Positions 20,980 to 30,208 of a stretch of 47,080 nt of DNA are shown here, piece by piece. The stretch comes from a virus (Duplodnaviria; Caudoviricetes). Made by a program: the position numbers and the translations under genes. The stretch covers positions 1 to 47,080 of IMG/VR virus record IMGVR_UViG_3300027672_000021; one strand, 5' to 3'. The notes under the pieces were generated by a model, which was not told the DNA's origin, did no database searches, and worked only from the letters and a program-made list of their open reading frames with translations. Position 1 is the stretch's first letter, and the number at the start of each line of letters is the position of its first letter.

Positions 20980-23900
20980 ATGAACGAAGAAATTTTAATG
21001 AATATTTGGAAGGACTTGTCTTCTAATAATTTAACAGACTCTGAATTTGACTCATGGAAAACAAACATCAGTGAGAATAAAGAAGTACAGAATAATGTAC
21101 ACAACTATTTAGTTGATAAAAAATTAACCGATAGCGACCTTGATACTTGGAAGGCTAACGTACTAGGTGATGGTAGTCTAGCAAAGATGGATGCTGTTGC
21201 GGTAGAGGATGCGGCCACACCAGCAGATACGGATTTAGCATCGGAGGGTGGTTCATCGGAATCACAAGAAGAAGACACTCTTGTTGAAAGGGTTTTTGGA
21301 AAGAATGAAGTTACCGATACTCTAGGAGATTTATGGAGAGCAGGGGTACAGGGTGTAGCACAATCAGCAGCCGTAGACCCATCAATGGATTTAATGACTT
21401 CTGGAGCAGACGCTTCGGTTGATGAAATATATAAATACATAAGAGTAAATGAGGAGTTAAGTAAAAACCAAAAGATTCAAGATGAAATGGCATCATGGGA
21501 TAAAGATGTTGACAAGAATGGTGGAGGAGCTTATGGTATTCTGATGGCAACAATAAATAACCCTGGAATTGCAATACCAGTAATGGTAAGCTCGATGGCT
21601 ACAATGGTTGGCTCTCTTCAATCAGAGCAAGCAGTCGCTTCTACTGCTGTAGGTGCTGGGCTTGGTGGTGCTGCTGGGCTTTCTGGTGCAATACTTGCCC
21701 CTGCAACGGTTCCTATAGGAATGGCTGTTGGAGGATTTGCTGCATTATCTGGTACTATGGAGGCGGCATTAACATTCAATGAACTCCTTCAAGAAGAAAT
21801 AGGTGGAGTACTTACTCCTGAAAAAGTTAAGATGGTTTTAAGCGACCCAGAAAAACTTTCTACTTTAAGACAAAAAGCAATTGCTAGAGGTGCTGTAATT
21901 TCTGCTGTAGATTTTATATCAGCAGGGGTCGCAGGTAAACTTACAGGCACTGTTCTTAAAAAAGCAGTACCATTAGGAACAAGTATTGCATCTAGGGCAG
22001 CTATAAAAACTGCGGGTGTTGCTGGTGGTGTACTAATAGAGGGTGCTGGTGGAGGCATTGGTGAAGCTAGTGCTAGGGCTGTAATAGGCCAAGAAATGGA
22101 CGCTAAAGATATAGCTCTTGAGGTAATTGGGGAATTTGGTGGAGCAGGAATTAGTGTAGTTCCTGCCGCTTATAATAACCTAAAGACTGTAAGTGGAAGA
22201 GTTAAAGCAAACAAAACCGCTACGGAAGGGGGATATAAAAACGCATCATCCGTATTCGATCCTAACACAGACATTGACGAAACAACTATAACACTTGCGT
22301 CTAACAAAAACACATCAAACCTTGTTGACGAGCAGGTTGAAATAGAGGTCGCTAACGGAAGAATGACTCAAGAGGAATCTAATGCTATAAAAGAAAACTT
22401 TAGAAGCACTCAAGGTGCTGTAAATACAGCCAATAAAATAGATAGACTAACCTCAGAAAATAAACCAGAGGCGGTAAAGCTTTTAATTGAAGAGGCAAAG
22501 TTAAAAGATAAAATAAAAGACGTTGATAACGTTTCGTTAACTAAAACAGAGGCGGTAAGACTTAAAGAAGTTCAAACCAATTTAGAGAATATTGGAAACC
22601 CTTCAGAGGTAATCGAGGATAAGGAAGTAATAATTAAACCAGAAAAATACACAACACCAACCGAGGAGAGATTTGGTTCTATAAATAGGGCTGATAAAAA
22701 GGGAGTTATAAACTTATCTGAATCAGAATTTAATGAAGAAATAGCTAAATTTGAAGAATCAAAACGAGACACCGAAACCGAAGTTAGAGACGAAACAATT
22801 GAGCAACCTGCAACAGATGTGCCAAGCATTAGACAGGATAATAAGCAAGAAGTAGAAGATTTAAGAGCAGAAGAGCAAGTAGAACTACTTGAGGCTATTC
22901 CTAACTCTGAGAACTATTTAACAGATGGTAAGGTTGATAAAGAAAAGATAACTAACCCTGAAGATATAGCTAAGTTTGAGGAAATATACGAGAGGTATGA
23001 TGGGCCGATATCTTCTTTATTAGAAGCCGATACTACCGAGGAATCTTCGGTGGTTGAAATCCAAGAAACGCCAATAAAAGAAACTGGAGAAACTAAGGTA
23101 GATACAGAAAATAAGATAACAGAGTTACAGGAAGACATAGAGTTTGCAGAAATAGACATTAAGGACAAAGCCAAAAGCACGGAGTCTAGTATTGCAGAAG
23201 TAAATAAAGACAAAACTTTATCTAGTAAAGCAAAAAAAGAAAAGATAAACAGTCTTAATTTAGAGTTAGAGAGCTTCAAGAAAGAGCAGTCTGATATAAT
23301 AAACTCAAAGCAGGGTGAAATATCATCAATAGAAACCCCTGTTATTAAAACTAAAAAGAAACCTACAAAACCTTTAACTCCTGTTCAACAAGCTGGGAGA
23401 AGCAAGCTTAAGCAGAGGATTCTTAATCAAGCAGATAACGCAAGAAAGGCATTGGCAAAGATAGCTCCTAATGTTGCTATTGTAGTATACGATACAGAAG
23501 ATGAGTATTATGCTAATACTATGGCAGAAGGTAAGTCAAAGGGGGAGTATAGCGGTAATGTGATAAGAGTAAACCTTGAGATAGCAAATCTAAAAACTGT
23601 AGCCCACGAAGTATTTCATGCCTTATTATTAAAGGATGGAATAAATGACGATACAGCACAGAAGATTACGTCTAATATGCTTAAGTCTGTTAAGAAGGTT
23701 GCATCCCCAAAATTACTTAAGGAGCTTAATGATTTTGCTGAAATATACAAAGAAACTCCTACTCTTCAATCAGAAGAAAGCATCGCACAGCTTTTTGGTA
23801 TACTAGCAGAGAACTACGAATCGTCTCCGCAATCACTTAAAGACCTAATAAACAATTGGTTAAATAAGTTGGCTAAGTCACTTAATGTTCCAGTAGAGAA

Positions 23901-26900
23901 TATACTAGGTAGCGATAAGGATGTGTTAGATTTTCTAAATATTGTATCCGCAAAGGTAGCTTCTGGTGAGGTTGTTGAGCAGTCTGATATAGAGATACTT
24001 GAAAATGAAGAGCAGGGTGAGTCAGGAGAGGTTGGTACTCTTATTATTCCTAGACAACAAATTGATGTTATAGATTCTAAAAACGCAAAAAACGACCCAA
24101 GAAAATGGATTAGGGATTTAGTTGATAATATAGATTTGATTAATATTGAAGGAATTAATTTTGTTACGAATATGTATGATTACACTAATGCTGGTGTTAC
24201 AGAATTAGGTAATGGATATAGTATAGACTTATTAGGAGGTAGAAATTATGTACCTCTTATGATGACAAAGAAAGGTAAGAAACTAGGAGATGTATCTAAT
24301 CTAGCTGCATTTAACACTAAATCTCAAGCAGAAGGATTTATAAAAAATGCTATCGATGGTAAGGCAAATATGTTTGCTCCTCACGCAGGAACATTAAAAG
24401 ATTCTTGGCAGTTTCAGCAACACATATTTGAGTCGTTGGTAAGCTTAGTTCTTGATAATAATATACTAACAAATAAGGAGATTATAAAATTATTTGATTC
24501 TAATCTTAGAAATGAATCTGCTAAAAAAACTTACGCTGCAAAAATTAAAAGCATAAAAGAGAAAGGATACTATATAAAGAAAGTAGAAGGTAAGGAGGTT
24601 AGGGTTACTAAAAAACCAAACAAACCTACTCAATTTTTGAGTGCTTTCAAAAAATTTAGAGATAAATCTGGACTTAATATAAGTAACCTTGATTCATTTG
24701 AGTCTGACCCAAAAGAATTAGTAAGGCTTTTAGATATTGAAAATAATTTCTCGCCTGATTTAAGAAAATCTTTTAACGGAAAAATAGCATCTAATAAGAA
24801 GTTTCAAAAAGCTATTGGTGTTAAAAATTTAAAAGAGTTTTATCAAAGAATAATGGATCCTTTAAATGAAGGAGTTGTTGGTGGGGAGCTTATGACTTTT
24901 ATTCAGTTTGACCCATCTACATTCGAAATTTCAAAGACAAACACAAAAGATATTGATCATCACCCTTCTTTTGGTTGGGTAGTGAGTGCTAAAATAGAAA
25001 AAATATTACAGCCTACTAAATTTTATAAGTCATACGATGTAACCGATAGCTACACTAAGCATAATAAAAAAGACGTAGTAGTATCTAGTAAATCTGATGA
25101 AGGATTTATAATTACAAATGTATCCTCAAGTGCAGGTGCTCAACCCAAGGTAGCTACTATAAAAACCCCCCAAACCCGCCAGCAGATTGTAGGAGAGAAC
25201 GCAGAACTATCTCAAAACGTAAGAGGTAACCTTAGTGTTGCAAGACAAATGGAAACCGACAATAAAGACGCTAAAACTATTAGTATTGCAACAGGATGGG
25301 AACGTGGTGCTGATGGGAAGTGGAGGTATGAGATAGATGATATAGCCATCACTGGGGATGTCACGCCTTGGACTGTCGAATGGAAAGGTGAGGGGTATAT
25401 AACTAAATTAAATGATTTAGTAAGTGGAGGGTTGATTGAAGCTTACCCACAATTAGAAAAGGTTACTGTTGTTAGGGGACTATCAGGGGCTAACTTTGGA
25501 ACATTTGGTCAAATGTCTAAAACAAGGGAAGGTTGGGATATAAATCTTTCAGATAGAATTTTTAATGAGGATGTTGAGTTTGGAAAATCTGTATTAATAC
25601 ACGAAATACAACACATAATACAAGACATTGAGGGTTTTGCAAAAGGTGGTAGTCTGAAATCTGCTAAAGCATTAAAACAGTTTGCCGCAATGCCCCTTGG
25701 AATGAAAGCTATGAGTTTAATGAATAGGATTAAATCTATTCAGAAAGAGTATGGCGATAATGTTACATTATCATTTGGCTCTCACCCAGAATACAAAGAG
25801 TATAAAGGAAAGTTAGATAAATTAAACCAAGAAATAGACAAAACAGTAGATAAAATAAGAAAGGTAGATGAAAAATTTGACGGGTTATCAAATTTTGAAA
25901 TATACAAAGCTCTTACAGGAGAAGTAGAAGCAAGGAATGTCCAAACAAGAATGAATATGACTCCTGAACAAAGGAGAGAAACAACACTACAAGAAACAGA
26001 AGATGTAGCAAGAGAAGACCAGATATTTTTTGAACAAGAAACCACAACCCCCCAAACCCGCCAGCAGCTACAAGAGGATTACACAATAAAAGATGTTATC
26101 GCTGAGTCGAAAAAAGACGGTCTTACAAGGGAAGAAACTTTAGATGTACTAAAAAACTTTGGGTTTACTAAGGAAGAAATAAGTAAGAACTTTAAGAAGG
26201 AAACTGTATCTATAGCTTCTGAGACTAAAGGACTTAGTATTACTGAAAGATTTAAGCAAGGGTTTGAGGAATTTATTGATGCAGTAAAAAACGATAAAAG
26301 AAAAGCAAGAGAAGTTTCCGCACAGAAACTAAGAGATGAGATAGCTAAAGTTAAGGAGTTATTTAGAGCCAAGATAAAGCAAGGTAAAGATGCTAGAGCC
26401 GATGTCATGAAAGAGATTGGGGTTATAATAAAAGAATCTGAGCTTAAGGGAGTATCTAATAGGACTGCAAAAAAGATAATGAAAAGCGTTAATGAGGCTA
26501 ATGTAACTAATATGCAGAAGAAGATTAGCGATGTTATGGATGCTATCGGTAGAGACGTAGAAAGAGTGGCTATGAATGCTAGGATTAAAACTCTTAAGCT
26601 CGCTAAGTCTAAATTATCAAGGCTTGGAGATTTAAAAGAGCTTGAGGTTCCTGTACTAGCGGTGTTAAAGCTAAACCCTAAGCAACTATCAAAAGAAGCA
26701 CTAAGAAAGTATGATAAAATCATAACAAGCCTATCAGGGGTAGAGACTAAGTATAGTGTAGATAATAGAAAGGTAATTAAAGAATTAGCTAACGCTGTTG
26801 TCGAATCTTTTAATAAAGATAACAATAAAGCTGAGGCTATTGCTGAAACAATAAACCAAAATCTTGACCTTAGCAAGACAAAGACAGAGAACTTAAAGCA

Positions 26901-29709
26901 AATGCTTAAGGATGGATTAATAACAGATTCTGAACTTGAAATTATAACAAGGTTTAAGGAACTTATAGGAAACTCAGTCAAGGAGGAGCTTACAATAGAG
27001 GAATTAGAGGAGAAGGCAGCGGAAAAAAGAGCAGAGGCAGTAGAGGATTTTGAGGTGGCTGTAGAAGAAGCACCAAAATTTTTAGATAATTTATCGGACG
27101 ATGATAAGGCTGCGTTAAAGTTTGCAAAAACCCTTAAGGTAGAAGACCTTGATATGTTAAGCACTTCTCAAATAAACGCACTTACAAGGGGCGTTGAAAT
27201 GCTTCAGGCTGGGTTTGTAACCACAAACTTAGTACAGTCTAAGTTGATTGTTGAGGCCAATAGAAATGAACAGGCAATTCCCTTATCAGAAATAAAGGAA
27301 AGCGGAGTTGTTGACAAATCAATATCGTCAGCTAAGGTAGCTGTAATTAATATGTTTAAGGGAAGAGGCAAGCTGGTTACATCCATACGGAATAGACTCA
27401 ACTCAAGCCCACTTAAAAACATTGACCAAGTTCTTAGTGCTGGGGCTAAGAAGTTTAAGTCTACAATGATTTACGAGAATGTATTTAGACCTGTAAGTAG
27501 GGCGTTTGCAAGTGCAGAACAAATGATGTTAGACATAAATGCAGACCTAAAAAAAGCTAATGCAATTTTAGATATAAGTGCAAACAAGAGGTGGGTTCAG
27601 AAGGCTAAGATAATGATTTATCAAGTTCAACGAGAGTTTGAAAGCAATCCTGATAACGTTGAGATCAATGAAAATTCTGCAATAAAATGGATTAAAGCTA
27701 CTATTAACGACCCTAATAATTTACTTTCAGATAGAGAGGTAGAGGCTTTAGAGAAGATTATGAAGGAGTTCTCTGTAAACGGAGAGATAGATTCCAAGAA
27801 GATGCTTGATAGCTTTACAGACAAGGAGAAGAAGCACTTAAAAATCGTAGATAATGTGTATAAGAAGATACAGCCTATGGTTATTGCAGATGCTAAAATG
27901 CAAGGCAAGGCTTTTGTTCTTAGAAAGAATTACGTTCACCTACCCAAGGTTAATAATACTGACACATCAATGAGTGAAAACCTTAATGATTTAGCTAATT
28001 CATTTAAGAACCCAGCCCTAAAAAATAAGGCTGCAACTCAAAGAACGGGTGGGGTTCACGCAATATCTTTTGACCCAGTGTTTAACGCTAACGCTATATC
28101 CAAGAAGGTTGTTATTAGCTACTACATGTATCCAACAATAAAGACCGCTAAGATAACCCTAAACGGACTTAAAAGAAAAGCGAATACTAAGTTTGAAAAG
28201 GAGCTTACCCTTGCACTGGAGGATATTTTTGATGGTATAGTTAGAAGCAAATACTCGCACCTATCTAGGAATAGGGCTTTTATTGAAAAAGCATTAGCTT
28301 TCTTAGGTAAGTCGGGTTATTTAGCTCAACTTGCAGGGCCAGTTAAGGCAGCGGTTGAATTAACCTCAAACATTACCCACGCTGTATTTGCAGACCCTGT
28401 ATCATTCATGTCTGGAATAAAAGAGCTACAGTCTGTTCCAAGGGATATTATGGATGCAGCGTTTAAGGTCATACAAACCACGCATAAAGTAAGACTTAGC
28501 GGTGACCCTGGGTTAAGTGGCAAGGACATAGATAACAACCTTATCAATAGTAGCGAGAATATCTTTAAACAAGAAGAGATGACATCGGAATTTTTAGATA
28601 AGGCTAAGACTTTACTTGGATTTGCGAAGATACCTACGGATGCGATAATAAAGTTTAACGAGGGATTGATATCAAAGCCAGATACAATGGTCGCAAGACC
28701 TTTATTTGTTGGGGCGTTTAACAAGTCATTTGAAAATATGGCAGGTGAGAAACCTAACTGGACTAAAATTGCTAATGATCAATCATACAGAGATAAGTTT
28801 GCTGAGGCTATTGACCAAGCAGCAGCGGATGGAGATACCGCTGTAACAGATAACGCTGCATCTAACAACCCGTTTGATTCTATACCTAGGAATATCCTTG
28901 ACAAGGATGCTACTGCAATCAAGCAAGCGGTTCAGATGATAAATGGATATATGAGTAGGTTTAGAACATTTGAATACTTCTCTGCGGTTAAAGCCGTACA
29001 GGGGTTGATGGGTAAGGGCGATATAACACGAGCACAGGGAGCTATGCTACTTACTGGTACTGTGGTTCGTTTATCTATGTATAAGATGGGTATTGACATG
29101 ACATTCGCCATGATATTCTCAATGTTAGGTATTGACGAGGAGGAGGATGACTTAGATTTAGACAAGGATATAACTAGGAATGTTCTTGGTGCTGTAGTCA
29201 CATTGGCGTTAGGTAGAAGTATGGGTAATATATCTCAGATGCCTATAAACTTTGGAACGGAATGGTTAAACAAAGAGTACGGAGAGGGAATAACACGAGA
29301 GGGAGAGTATAACGCCTATAAGGATGGTGTTGTATTCTCTAAAATACCTACGGAACTTAAGCCTCAAGATAATTTGATTGAGAAAATAGTGGTATCTTCA
29401 TTAGGTTCGTATACCCCAGTAGTGAAGACAGCTATCAGAGGAGGTAAGTTAGCCACTAGGTCTATAACATCAAAGAAGGAATCAACTAAAGAGAAAAACT
29501 TAGGAGAGCTTTCGGAAAGAATACCATTTGAAATAGCAGGAAACTTAGGTGTTGTTCCAGGATATAAGACATTGAGAAAGATATATTTGAAGCACTTGTT
29601 TAATGGTGTTAATGACTCTAAGAAAGAAGAGTCTGGAGGTCGATCAACAAGGTCGAGACCAAGACCTAGGCCAAGACCGAGACCGAGACCTAGGCCAAGA
29701 CAAAGATAA
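20980..29709 (+). CDS. Giant (2909 aa) internal virion / large polyvalent protein with two zincin-like motifs and an LPD23-like domain
   Basis: G/A-rich hydrophobic N-terminal region, HEVFH (~23605) followed by EE, 'TGWERGADGKWRYEIDD' (LPD23-like), HEIQH...EGFAKGG...GEVEARNVQ (~25600) and a long helical C-terminal part. Confidence 0.75.
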   Translation: MNEEILMNIWKDLSSNNLTDSEFDSWKTNISENKEVQNNVHNYLVDKKLTDSDLDTWKANVLGDGSLAKMDAVAVEDAATPADTDLASEGGSSESQEEDTLVERVFGKNEVTDTLGDLWRAGVQGVAQSAAVDPSMDLMTSGADASVDEIYKYIRVNEELSKNQKIQDEMASWDKDVDKNGGGAYGILMATINNPGIAIPVMVSSMATMVGSLQSEQAVASTAVGAGLGGAAGLSGAILAPATVPIGMAVGGFAALSGTMEAALTFNELLQEEIGGVLTPEKVKMVLSDPEKLSTLRQKAIARGAVISAVDFISAGVAGKLTGTVLKKAVPLGTSIASRAAIKTAGVAGGVLIEGAGGGIGEASARAVIGQEMDAKDIALEVIGEFGGAGISVVPAAYNNLKTVSGRVKANKTATEGGYKNASSVFDPNTDIDETTITLASNKNTSNLVDEQVEIEVANGRMTQEESNAIKENFRSTQGAVNTANKIDRLTSENKPEAVKLLIEEAKLKDKIKDVDNVSLTKTEAVRLKEVQTNLENIGNPSEVIEDKEVIIKPEKYTTPTEERFGSINRADKKGVINLSESEFNEEIAKFEESKRDTETEVRDETIEQPATDVPSIRQDNKQEVEDLRAEEQVELLEAIPNSENYLTDGKVDKEKITNPEDIAKFEEIYERYDGPISSLLEADTTEESSVVEIQETPIKETGETKVDTENKITELQEDIEFAEIDIKDKAKSTESSIAEVNKDKTLSSKAKKEKINSLNLELESFKKEQSDIINSKQGEISSIETPVIKTKKKPTKPLTPVQQAGRSKLKQRILNQADNARKALAKIAPNVAIVVYDTEDEYYANTMAEGKSKGEYSGNVIRVNLEIANLKTVAHEVFHALLLKDGINDDTAQKITSNMLKSVKKVASPKLLKELNDFAEIYKETPTLQSEESIAQLFGILAENYESSPQSLKDLINNWLNKLAKSLNVPVENILGSDKDVLDFLNIVSAKVASGEVVEQSDIEILENEEQGESGEVGTLIIPRQQIDVIDSKNAKNDPRKWIRDLVDNIDLINIEGINFVTNMYDYTNAGVTELGNGYSIDLLGGRNYVPLMMTKKGKKLGDVSNLAAFNTKSQAEGFIKNAIDGKANMFAPHAGTLKDSWQFQQHIFESLVSLVLDNNILTNKEIIKLFDSNLRNESAKKTYAAKIKSIKEKGYYIKKVEGKEVRVTKKPNKPTQFLSAFKKFRDKSGLNISNLDSFESDPKELVRLLDIENNFSPDLRKSFNGKIASNKKFQKAIGVKNLKEFYQRIMDPLNEGVVGGELMTFIQFDPSTFEISKTNTKDIDHHPSFGWVVSAKIEKILQPTKFYKSYDVTDSYTKHNKKDVVVSSKSDEGFIITNVSSSAGAQPKVATIKTPQTRQQIVGENAELSQNVRGNLSVARQMETDNKDAKTISIATGWERGADGKWRYEIDDIAITGDVTPWTVEWKGEGYITKLNDLVSGGLIEAYPQLEKVTVVRGLSGANFGTFGQMSKTREGWDINLSDRIFNEDVEFGKSVLIHEIQHIIQDIEGFAKGGSLKSAKALKQFAAMPLGMKAMSLMNRIKSIQKEYGDNVTLSFGSHPEYKEYKGKLDKLNQEIDKTVDKIRKVDEKFDGLSNFEIYKALTGEVEARNVQTRMNMTPEQRRETTLQETEDVAREDQIFFEQETTTPQTRQQLQEDYTIKDVIAESKKDGLTREETLDVLKNFGFTKEEISKNFKKETVSIASETKGLSITERFKQGFEEFIDAVKNDKRKAREVSAQKLRDEIAKVKELFRAKIKQGKDARADVMKEIGVIIKESELKGVSNRTAKKIMKSVNEANVTNMQKKISDVMDAIGRDVERVAMNARIKTLKLAKSKLSRLGDLKELEVPVLAVLKLNPKQLSKEALRKYDKIITSLSGVETKYSVDNRKVIKELANAVVESFNKDNNKAEAIAETINQNLDLSKTKTENLKQMLKDGLITDSELEIITRFKELIGNSVKEELTIEELEEKAAEKRAEAVEDFEVAVEEAPKFLDNLSDDDKAALKFAKTLKVEDLDMLSTSQINALTRGVEMLQAGFVTTNLVQSKLIVEANRNEQAIPLSEIKESGVVDKSISSAKVAVINMFKGRGKLVTSIRNRLNSSPLKNIDQVLSAGAKKFKSTMIYENVFRPVSRAFASAEQMMLDINADLKKANAILDISANKRWVQKAKIMIYQVQREFESNPDNVEINENSAIKWIKATINDPNNLLSDREVEALEKIMKEFSVNGEIDSKKMLDSFTDKEKKHLKIVDNVYKKIQPMVIADAKMQGKAFVLRKNYVHLPKVNNTDTSMSENLNDLANSFKNPALKNKAATQRTGGVHAISFDPVFNANAISKKVVISYYMYPTIKTAKITLNGLKRKANTKFEKELTLALEDIFDGIVRSKYSHLSRNRAFIEKALAFLGKSGYLAQLAGPVKAAVELTSNITHAVFADPVSFMSGIKELQSVPRDIMDAAFKVIQTTHKVRLSGDPGLSGKDIDNNLINSSENIFKQEEMTSEFLDKAKTLLGFAKIPTDAIIKFNEGLISKPDTMVARPLFVGAFNKSFENMAGEKPNWTKIANDQSYRDKFAEAIDQAAADGDTAVTDNAASNNPFDSIPRNILDKDATAIKQAVQMINGYMSRFRTFEYFSAVKAVQGLMGKGDITRAQGAMLLTGTVVRLSMYKMGIDMTFAMIFSMLGIDEEEDDLDLDKDITRNVLGAVVTLALGRSMGNISQMPINFGTEWLNKEYGEGITREGEYNAYKDGVVFSKIPTELKPQDNLIEKIVVSSLGSYTPVVKTAIRGGKLATRSITSKKESTKEKNLGELSERIPFEIAGNLGVVPGYKTLRKIYLKHLFNGVNDSKKEESGGRSTRSRPRPRPRPRPRPRPRQR
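25164..25185 (+). repeat. 22-bp direct repeat, copy 1 (AACCCCCCAAACCCGCCAGCAG)
   Basis: Identical to 26046-26067. Confidence 0.9.
26046..26067 (+). repeat. 22-bp direct repeat, copy 2
   Basis: Identical to 25164-25185; spacing is 882 bp (294 codons). Confidence 0.9.
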
Positions 29710-29732
29710 AAAACAATTAATAACTAAAAAAC

Positions 29733-30095
29733 ATGGGAAAGATATCACCAGCGTGTAAGGCTTCGGCTAAAAAGAAATATAAGGTATGGCCTAGCGCATA
29801 CGCTTCAGGATACGGGGTGAGGTGTACTAAGGCTGGAGGCCCTAAAATGAAGAGCGCAACAAAAGGAGGAGGGACAACAAAGGTATGTTTACCTGCTGCT
29901 AAGGTTAAATCTATGAGTTCCTCTGAGAAATCTAAGGTTATAAATGCAAAGAGAAGTGCTGGTCAAAGTGGTAAAAGAGAAAGGTCAGATGCAAGCAATG
30001 TAAAAGGCGCAAGAAAGAAAGGTGCAACATTAAGAGACTGGTTTCAAAAAGAGAACTGGGTTAATGTGTCTACTGGCAAAGAATGCGGAAAATAA
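29733..30095 (+). CDS. Small, highly basic hypothetical protein
   Basis: 120 aa, K/R/G/S-rich with four Cys; last gene before the terminator. Confidence 0.7.
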   Translation: MGKISPACKASAKKKYKVWPSAYASGYGVRCTKAGGPKMKSATKGGGTTKVCLPAAKVKSMSSSEKSKVINAKRSAGQSGKRERSDASNVKGARKKGATLRDWFQKENWVNVSTGKECGK

Positions 30096-30140
30096 GGAAC
30101 ACAGATAATTAGGCGTACCATACCTAAAGTTCCTGTAACC

Positions 30141-30175
30141 AAAAAAGGGGAGGCCATCACAGCTTCCCCTTTTTT
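30141..30175. terminator. Bidirectional rho-independent terminator between the convergent arms
   Basis: AAAAAAGGGGAGGC-CATCACA-GCTTCCCCTTTTTT, with an A-tract before and a T-tract after. Confidence 0.85.
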
Positions 30176-30208
30176 ATTTATCTATATACGATATTTCGTA
30201 TAGCATAA

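Noticed and set aside
26079-27164. 361-aa antisense ORF and other minus-strand ORFs within the + arm
   Set aside because: S/L/F-rich mirror translations of K/E-rich sense genes; these are shadow ORFs.
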